A stretch of 63,969 nucleotides of DNA, the filler included, from Perkinsus chesapeaki ATCC PRA-425 (lineage: Eukaryota; Protista; Perkinsozoa), in the NCBI GenBank assembly GCA_013115145.1. It is 11 parts of 11 records of this genome, joined end to end, with 100 filler letters (N's around TTAATTAATTAA, not from the genome) between each part and the next. Parts side by side here need not be neighbours in the genome. Positions count along the whole stretch, not along the records: positions 50,790 to 61,641 come from JAAPAO010000870.1; positions 61,742 to 62,806 come from JAAPAO010002231.1; positions 62,907 to 63,969 come from JAAPAO010002235.1; 8 more parts are not named here. One strand, written 5' to 3'. The notes under the pieces are model-generated. The model was given only the letters and a program-made list of their open reading frames with translations. It searched no databases and was not told where the DNA came from. Position numbers and translations under genes: made by a program. Numbering within the stretch: the first letter of the stretch is position 1; the number at the start of each line of letters is the position of its first letter. Of this stretch, positions 57,033-63,969 are shown in pieces.

Positions 57033-59174
57033 ATGCGTGTGCTAATAGCCTCCTCGTTGATAGTATCCGCGTATTCGGTAACGTCTACGAGTACCGTCAC
57101 CAATACTAACATCTACTCGCCTGAGGACATAGAGTTTTGGCATCAGTTCTGCCATGATGCTGTGGACGACAGCTCCTACTGCAAGTACAATCACGTCCCT
57201 TCCCTTTGCCAGTTCAGTCTCATAGCCTGCGGTCCTAGTCTGTTGACTACAGCAGGTTCTTTGCCTCCTACCGATCCAACGACGGCGTCTATGGTAACAA
57301 CTGTTCCGGTTACTACTACTGAGGCTCCTTCAAGCTCTAGCGAGTTGCCAGTGACGCCGACTGACAGTCCTGTCACCACCGAGCCAGCTAATCCTGCCCC
57401 GAGTACCTCTCAAGTTTCGTCGACAGTTTCCTCTGGGACAACAACAGCTAATGTCGTCACTTCTACCGACTCCATTACTACAAGCGTGCAAGCCTCCACC
57501 ACTGACTCCTGCGAGTCATCTGACAGCTGCTCTCCCGATCCAGAAGGTGCCATTGAGGAGCTCGTCAATCTGCTTGGTTCCTCGTTCGTGCTGACCGGTG
57601 GTGCAATGCCGAATGTGTATATGCCTCAGTTCACCTATATCACGCCAGCTGCTGTTGTTCGTCCAGGCACCGCTGAGGATATCGCTGAGATTCTCTCCAT
57701 CGCCCTCAAGCACCGTGTGCCGGTTGTTGTAAGAAGCTATGCTGGACACTCCTATGCTGGTCAGAGCACTGTTCAAGACGGGATTGTTATCCTAATGGAC
57801 AGGTTTTCTAACGTCGAAGTTCTTCCTGAGGGCTTCCTCGGTTCCTCGTACACTGCTGTAGTCGGTGCCGGTACTAGACAGCTTGACATTTACGTGGCCC
57901 TGATGCAGCACTCGCCGCCACTCGGTGTTCCTGGCGGCAACTGTCCGTCGGTCTCGATGGCTGGTGTCACTCAAGGTGGCGCTCATGGCTACTATGGTAC
58001 GAAATATGGAACACTCGCCGATGTCGTTATCGCTGCCGATGTTGTTGTGAAGCAGGATGGTTCCTTCAAGCTGGTCCGAGCTACTCGAGATGGTGAGCAC
58101 GCGGAGCTGTTGAAGGCACTCCGAGGCGGTATGGGTGGCAACTACGGTGTTGTTGTGAACTGGTACGTCGAAACCTTCCGTGCAAGTGACGAGGTTCGTA
58201 TCTTCCGACACAAAGTTGACCCCTCTGACAAGAGCAAGGCTGAAATGATTGCTAAGGTTCGCGCCTTTGAAGAGGCCGTGACCAGCCAGCCCGGAGACGG
58301 TCTGTGGGCTAAGTTCAAGGTCAAGGGTGGCTTCGATATGAACTTCGAAGGTATGTGTATGTGTGAGCCTATCTCCAACGAGTGTGGTGACTGCAATGTG
58401 GCCATGGATTCCGTCGACAGCGCCTTGGACAAGGACAACTGGGTGACTTCCCCTTCGGAGCTGGTTACTGATCATGGTTATGCTACTTGGTCTTGGGCTG
58501 GGTGCACTGAGTGGGCTGATCCCCGCACCCCGGCTAGCGCCGAGTATCCTGGTGTTAGCGGCGACTTCTCTGGAGCTGCCAAAGGCTGTTACGATTACGA
58601 TGCGTCTCTGAGTGTGAACTCTCCATGGAAGAGTATCTCCGTTTACATCAAGCATAGTGATGCTACTGAGTCATTCTGGAACACTGTGTGGGATATTGTT
58701 CACGAGCCCGAGTGCGAGGATCGCAATGTATGCATACTTACGTTTGAGTATTACGGTGGCAAGATGTTACAGGAGCCTCAGGATTGCTCCGGTGCTGGTC
58801 CATGCACTTCATTTATTCACCGAAGTCATGGTTGGAATATCCAGATCTCGTCCCTGTGGTCCAAGGGTGATTCTGGTGGTGAAAATGTGGCTATTTCGTG
58901 GGTTGCTAAGGCGTTTGCTACATTGGACGCTAAGAGCTCGCTGCACACCAGCTATCAAAACTACCTCAGCAACCAGTGGACGGTATCTCCTTGGAAGGTG
59001 CGTTATTTCCCTGGTCAAGATGTTCAACCTGACCACTGGAAGTATCGTTTCTTTGGTGATAGCATATATTCTAGATTGCAGCAAGTCAAGTGTGATTACA
59101 ATCCTGATAATTTATTCGTGACTGCTGATACTGCCGATATTGTGGTACAGCTCCCTGATGACTGCTCAACGTAG
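57033..59174 (+). CDS. Secreted berberine-bridge-enzyme-like FAD oxidase with one Cys-rich module and Ser/Thr linker (intronless)
   Basis: Signal peptide; FAD motif VVVRSYAGHSYAGQS and GGNCPSV; BBE tail SYQNY..FFGDSIYSRLQQVKCDYNPDNLF. Clear paralogue of the divergent gene at 53768-56392. Confidence 0.9.
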   Translation: MRVLIASSLIVSAYSVTSTSTVTNTNIYSPEDIEFWHQFCHDAVDDSSYCKYNHVPSLCQFSLIACGPSLLTTAGSLPPTDPTTASMVTTVPVTTTEAPSSSSELPVTPTDSPVTTEPANPAPSTSQVSSTVSSGTTTANVVTSTDSITTSVQASTTDSCESSDSCSPDPEGAIEELVNLLGSSFVLTGGAMPNVYMPQFTYITPAAVVRPGTAEDIAEILSIALKHRVPVVVRSYAGHSYAGQSTVQDGIVILMDRFSNVEVLPEGFLGSSYTAVVGAGTRQLDIYVALMQHSPPLGVPGGNCPSVSMAGVTQGGAHGYYGTKYGTLADVVIAADVVVKQDGSFKLVRATRDGEHAELLKALRGGMGGNYGVVVNWYVETFRASDEVRIFRHKVDPSDKSKAEMIAKVRAFEEAVTSQPGDGLWAKFKVKGGFDMNFEGMCMCEPISNECGDCNVAMDSVDSALDKDNWVTSPSELVTDHGYATWSWAGCTEWADPRTPASAEYPGVSGDFSGAAKGCYDYDASLSVNSPWKSISVYIKHSDATESFWNTVWDIVHEPECEDRNVCILTFEYYGGKMLQEPQDCSGAGPCTSFIHRSHGWNIQISSLWSKGDSGGENVAISWVAKAFATLDAKSSLHTSYQNYLSNQWTVSPWKVRYFPGQDVQPDHWKYRFFGDSIYSRLQQVKCDYNPDNLFVTADTADIVVQLPDDCST

Positions 59175-59963
59175 TATTCTGATTTTTTTCATCTAAATAG
59201 CTATTATCTTGCTTTACTTCGACTCTAACATTCTACCAATGAATGGCGTCCGAATGTCTTCCATATTCACTGTTTTGTGTTCTTTAAGTTCACCTTCTCT
59301 ACTTGGGTTTGTGCCTAACGTAGCAAGTAGGAGATTTCAATCATGAATCAGCACAAGGAAGGTGTCACTTAGTTTAGTACAGAGAAACAATAGAACTGTT
59401 GAGATATAGCGTTTGCAAATGAGTTCAAGTGCGCTTTTATGACGTGTCATAGCCTGTCCCGCACAACACAGATTTCGCGAATGGTTCAGACTAAGGGCTG
59501 TCAGGAAGTATTGGCTTATTCGGGTATGTGTGCCGCACATTGTGTGGCGGTGGTCTGCTATTGGTACCAACTTCAGAAAAGCAAGATGATTAGCCCATGA
59601 ATGTATTAATTGTTGTGTTGCAAGGATCGGCTCGCAAGATACTGTATTCTAATAAACGTATAGCTGACCCGGTGTGCGACGCTGACGGATGATGTTCTGC
59701 AGAATAGGAGCACTAGGCGAGAGTATATTTTGTAACCACGTTAAGCGGCGAATCACTCCGTCTGACTAAAACGCATGACCAAGAGACGATTAATTAAGAA
59801 ACTGTGTCCGATCATGGTATTGTTGTAGTGCATGACTCTGCATTGGCTTGTTTACAGAGGAGTTGTTCTCTGCATGAATCGATATGCCTGAGAATAAAGA
59901 AATGAAGGAACCTGTGAAGGACGGAACGCAGCCTCGGGCATGCGGCAGTTTCCGAAGCTACCG

Positions 59964-61438
59964 TTACTGAATGCGGGCTTCGAGATCCTTGATAAGCTTC
60001 TCATTCTTTGCTTTGAGTTCCTCCTGTACAGCGAGCTCCATCTTTTGAGATTCTAGTTTTAGACGAAGCTCCGACATGCGAATCTGTCGAGCACGAACAG
60101 CGCAATTCCTCGGGCGGAAAGGAGTGTGAGCAGTAGGTCATCGCAGTCGCGGCTGTAATTATTATCGATATAAAAATTAACAGCCTCGGTAGCTCAGTCG
60201 GTAGAGCGCGTGCCTTTTAAGCCCGTGGTCGTGGGTTCGAGCCCCGCCCGAGGTGCTTTTGGTTTAATTCGTAGAGTGGCTCCAAATTACGCTCATCATT
60301 ACATCTCGTTCCGTATCATCCTCTTCCTGCAAACCATCTTCATCTCCACTCTTCGTAGGCCCGTCTGATAACCGTGAAGTACTCCGCCTTTGAGATCTCA
60401 CTTGCTCCAACGCTTCAGTTAGAACCTGACACTTCCGAAATCACAAAAACACATACTCCAGAACCCGTCTATATGGGGAGTTCCTCTCGCTCCATTGAGG
60501 GCGTGAAGTGAGCGACACAAAATATCCACAAGTCCTAAAACTGATTCCACGGTGGAGCACATTACTTGCTCTCTGGCCTTAAGGTCTCTCTGTCGCTGAG
60601 CTAGATTAGATTCCAGCTCGTCACATTCCTTTTCCTCGCCCTTGATAGACTCCAACAAGCTATCCAGCTGCTCTTTCCGCCGTGCCAGCTGACACAACTT
60701 CATCTAAGGCTACCAGTCTCGTTCCAGCCCAGCCCACCTTGGCCTCCTTCTCGGCAACCTGTTGCTGTAGCTCTTCCAACTCCCCCTTTTTCTCTGCGAG
60801 TTTCGTTTCTCTTTCTTCTATCATTGCCGTTTTCGTTGTAACTTCCTCATGCATGTCAGCACACTCTTCTTGAATAGTTTCCAATTCCGCTGCGACCGTC
60901 TCCGAGCGCTGATTAGCATAAAGTCATTATGCAAGTACAATAGGCCGTGTGAAGGAACTGTCTTCCTCGCTATACGACCTTACGCCCATTGCAGATAGAT
61001 TGAACACCCCAAAGTGAACTATAAAATATGTACATGTAGCATAACGCTCGTGAGGCATGCATCATCCCAAGCTCGGGTTCTCCACTATTTCCAAGCATGG
61101 TAGATCACGAATATCAACGAAGATGCAAAGAAACGCCAATCACGGTGGGGCGGAGAGAAGCCCCCGAGCCGAGTTCTGCCGGAGCCGCCCCTTACTTCGA
61201 TCTCGTCTTCAAGCATGCCCCTAATTTGCTCTAGCTCTCTTTCCAACTGCGCATTTGTACTGTGTTGGTCCTCGACAGCTTCTCTGAGCAACAACAGAGG
61301 TATGCCGACACGGCAGGATGATGCCCACCTCAAAGCCTGAAGGTCTTCACCTTTATTATTAAAGCCTCTTCCGGCCAGAAAAGACGAAAGCTCTCGATCG
61401 GCAATAGCAAGCGATTCGTTGAGCTGAAGAGTAACCAT
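59964..61438 (-). CDS. Coiled-coil protein, multi-exon, probably 5'-partial
   Basis: E/K/Q/L-rich heptad exons at about 61200-61420, 60700-60890, 60470-60700 and 60290-60420, and a likely last exon 60083-59964 (IRMSELRLKLESQKMELAVQEELKAKNEKLIKDLEARIQ*). Confidence 0.55.
60183..60255 (+). tRNA. trnK: tRNA-Lys(UUU)
   Basis: 73-nt cloverleaf: acceptor GCCTCGG/CCGAGGT, D arm GCTC/GAGC, anticodon loop CT-TTT-AA, T loop TTCGAGC, followed by TTTT. One mismatch in the anticodon stem. Confidence 0.88.
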
Positions 61439-61458
61439 CAGCAGGAGACAGTATCACA

Positions 61459-61641
61459 CATATTTTCTATCAAACTCCTTTCTATTATATCCCCCCCATC
61501 CGTATCACTAGTAACATATTTTCTATCAAACTCCTTTCTATTATATCCCCCCCATCCGTATCACTAGTAACATATTTTCTATCAAACTCCTTTCTATTAT
61601 ATCCCCCCCTCCGTATCACTAGTAACATATTTTCTATCAAA
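61459..61641 (+). repeat. 56-bp minisatellite, about 3.3 copies, running into gap
   Basis: Unit CATATTTTCTATCAAACTCCTTTCTATTATATCCCCCCCATCCGTATCACTAGTAA at 61459, 61515, 61571 and 61626. Confidence 0.95.
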
Positions 61642-61741
61642 NNNNNNNNNNNNNNNNNNNNNNNNNNNNNNNNNNNNNNNNNNNNTTAATTAATTAANNN
61701 NNNNNNNNNNNNNNNNNNNNNNNNNNNNNNNNNNNNNNNNN
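61642..61741. other. Assembly spacer
   Basis: N44-TTAATTAATTAA-N44. Confidence 0.98.
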
Positions 61742-62680
61742 TGAACAAAAAGCGCCTGGCGATACCATTGTATCCTGCGAATGGCAATCAGGGTAGCGTA
61801 CCAAGTTATAAGCTGGTCCCAGCTTTTTCTTCTGATCTTTAATGTTCTTCGTGATGTGGAAGAAGCAGCGACCTGAGGTTCCAAACTTCCTTCAGACGAT
61901 TCTAATAATTACCATTCCTCGCATCCGGCAACTTGGACCTGGATGCCGCGAGAGCTCCTTGATGAGCATCGTGTACGACGAAAGGAACATAGTCTTTCAG
62001 ACACGTTTCCTCTAGGGAAAGCTCTCGCACCAGCCAGTCGAGTTTCTCCAAAGCATAAGTATATGTTGCCGTGCATTCACAGTCAACAATAGCCATCATA
62101 AATGGCACAAAACTATGCTGGTATTTCTTTGACCGAGCGTTGTACCTAACGGATTCTATAATTTCGGTGGTATGAATTAGCAAGTCTACTTCGTGCGGTT
62201 AGATCCAACCCACATAACTTGCAATTTATTTCGGATAAGCTTGTTCTGACAATCCTGGTATATGGCGAAGGTTGGCTCCGCCGTCTCAGTCATATACCAA
62301 TGCAGCGACGTTAGCATAGCTAAGAATGCACAGTACTGTCATGGTTCTCCCAGAACCGCTTTGGCCATCGCAGTCGATGAGTCTCATCGGATAAGAACTC
62401 ACTCTTAACTTGATGGCCTTAATGAGTACTACTCACCTGCATTCCCAATCATGCAAGCAAAATGTTCCTGCCCCCAGGTGGCTCCGTAATAAATAACTTG
62501 TCCCATGTTGTCGATCTTGCCATCCCTCACGCAGGATAGCATAGCATCGTCAATCTTGTAAGGAGAGAATAAATCTTCCAGGTCGGAAAAGTTCACAGCT
62601 TCTTCGCGTATGGCCGATTTAATCTCCCCAATCTGAGTGTAGACAGCATACCATGCTTTGAAGAATATAATAAGTCTCAC
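61742..62680 (-). mobile_element. Mutator-like (MULE) transposase fragment with introns
   Basis: FVPFMMAIVDCECTATYTYALEKL..FVVHDAHQGALAASRSKLPDAR, then after a GT-AG intron RCFFHITKN: the MULE second Asp plus the CxxH motif. Both ends are lost in gaps. Confidence 0.75.
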
Positions 62681-62806
62681 TCACCTGCTTGGAAGACACT
62701 TGGTTCCTATAAAAGCTAAATGCCGAGTTAAGGGTGGCTTTGATATTGGTAGGTTTCACACCTTTCCGCGCTTCCCGGTCGATATATTTCCGAACTATGG
62801 GAGGAT

Positions 62807-62906
62807 NNNNNNNNNNNNNNNNNNNNNNNNNNNNNNNNNNNNNNNNNNNNTTAATTAATTAANNNNNNNNNNNNNNNNNNNNNNNNNNNNNNNNNNNNNN
62901 NNNNNN
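62807..62906. other. Assembly spacer
   Basis: N44-TTAATTAATTAA-N44. Confidence 0.98.
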
Positions 62907-63071
62907 TGACACTTTGCAAACCTCAGTAATGAACCCGAATCGCTGGGCTGACTACAAGGACGCTCTCTAGAGAATCTTCTTTGGAGATGCGAAGGACCTA
63001 GTGGCCGGAGTCCTAGCTGCAACCCGGAGATCAACTCTCTCCAATCGAAGAAGACCTCTACACACATGTTT

Positions 63072-63144
63072 GCCCAGATAGCTCAGTTGGGAGAGCGCCA
63101 GATTGAAGATATGGAGGTCCTCAGTACGATCCTGAGTCTGGGTA
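63072..63144 (+). tRNA. trnF: tRNA-Phe(GAA), probably pseudogene
   Basis: Acceptor GCCCAGA/TCTGGGT, D arm intact, anticodon GAA. T loop is TACGATC instead of TTCGATC, and the anticodon stem CCAGA/TATGG has a mismatch. Confidence 0.75.
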
Positions 63145-63248
63145 GATAGTTAGAGGCTGTATAAAACATGGAAGCGTAACATTTATGTTCCGGCTTGTTC
63201 ATCCACAAAAGTAGACGGCGAGCGTCATGATCCTTTAGAAAATTTGTC

Positions 63249-63320
63249 GGCTGTGTGCTCTAGTGGTCTAATTCTTGCCTAGGGTGCGAGAGGTCCCGAG
63301 TTCAATTCTCGGCACAGCTC
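63249..63320 (+). tRNA. trnP: tRNA-Pro(AGG), D arm degenerate
   Basis: Acceptor GGCTGTG/CACAGCT, anticodon stem CTTGC/GCGAG with loop CT-AGG-GT, T arm CCGAG-TTCAATT-CTCGG. D stem pairs poorly. Confidence 0.75.
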
Positions 63321-63585
63321 ACTATCATAGAAGTCGCTAATCATGCTAACTTGATTGAAGCCTTTATCTTTAGCCGCCATTGATTGGGCGCGCAATCTTG
63401 GGATCGACAAGAAGACGTAGCGTGCGCTGATGGTCGCTACCCGGTTCTGAACCGGGGTTGTCACGGCCACAACGTGACGTCCTAACTACTAGACGATATC
63501 GACTAAAACCTCGATCATCTAGTAGGTCGTTCCGGCGTAATAAGCCAAACTTTATGCCAAGAGGCTCGGCTAGTCGTGATTCGGT

Positions 63586-63605
63586 GACAGTTTGGCCAAG
63601 TGGTC
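63586..63605 (+). pseudogene. 5' remnant of tRNA-Leu
   Basis: GACAGTTTGGCCAAGTGGTC matches 19/20 of the first 20 nt of the tRNA-Leu at 63738. Confidence 0.7.
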
Positions 63606-63625
63606 AAATAAGCACCATGGTTTCG

Positions 63626-63954
63626 AAATAAGCAGCTGCGCGGGAAAACGAGACGTTTCTGACTTTTGTGACTGCACGCAACTTGCCCAACGCCAGTGTG
63701 TCATCATTTCTGGGCTGTGTCTCTCGTAATACCAATCGACAGTTTGGCCGAGTGGTCTAAGGCGCTGGCTTTAGACGCCAGTACGAAAGGGCGTGGGTCC
63801 GAACACCACAGCTGTAATGGCTTTGGCATGTGGGGTGATATATTTTTCGCGTTTTGCGGAAATAAGCAGCTGCGCGGGAAAAACGAGACGTTTCCGACTT
63901 TTGTGACTGCACGCAACTCGCCCAACGCCAGTATGATCATTTATCGGCTGTGTC
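63626..63954 (+). repeat. Tandem spacer repeat flanking tRNA-Leu (about 96 bp at 63626-63721 and 63860-63954; period 234)
   Basis: AAATAAGCAGCTGCGCGGGAAAA(A)CGAGACGTTTC.GACTTTTGTGACTGCACGCAACT.GCCCAACGCCAGT..GGCTGTGTC occurs twice. Confidence 0.9.
63738..63817 (+). tRNA. trnL: tRNA-Leu(UAG anticodon, reads CUA), probably pseudogene
   Basis: Type-II tRNA: GACAGTTTGGCCGAGTGGTCTAAGGCG, anticodon stem CTGGC/GCCAG, loop TT-TAG-AC, long variable arm. T loop TCCGAAC; mismatches in the T stem and the terminal acceptor pair. Confidence 0.75.
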
Positions 63955-63969
63955 ACTTGCAGTCCTCAC

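Noticed and set aside
63770-63776. tRNA with TAG in the anticodon loop as an amber suppressor
   Set aside because: Anticodon 5'-UAG-3' reads CUA (Leu), and the body is a typical Leu type-II tRNA.

Overview
This window is 11 sequence contigs joined by ten 100-nt spacers (N44-TTAATTAATTAA-N44), so neighbours across gaps may not be adjacent in the genome. The DNA is eukaryotic. Short GT-AG introns, a near-match to the Perkinsus/dinoflagellate spliced leader and the gene families suggest a perkinsozoan alveolate such as Perkinsus; this is an inference, not a database result. Host genes: a very AT-rich island (about 6.7-12.9 kb) with RTF2, a choline/ethanolamine phosphotransferase, an unknown gene and a secreted CAP/SCP protein; a multi-EF-hand gene; a head-to-head pair of intronless secreted berberine-bridge-enzyme-like FAD oxidases with an unrecognised 4-Cys module; a coiled-coil gene; a subtilisin pseudogene; and four tRNA genes (Lys, plus degenerate Phe, Pro and Leu). 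Most of the rest is transposon-derived: three BEL/Pao-like LTR retroelements, a gag/PBS/LTR fragment, two DIRS-like tyrosine-recombinase retrotransposons (one apparently intact, one decayed with two tandem recombinase genes), two Mutator-like transposase fragments and older remnants. The most striking unexplained pattern is a large excess of perfect inverted repeats with a single unpaired central base, often chained. One of these exactly accounts for a frameshift in the subtilisin gene, which points to a template-switch mutational process. Exon boundaries were read by eye and are approximate.
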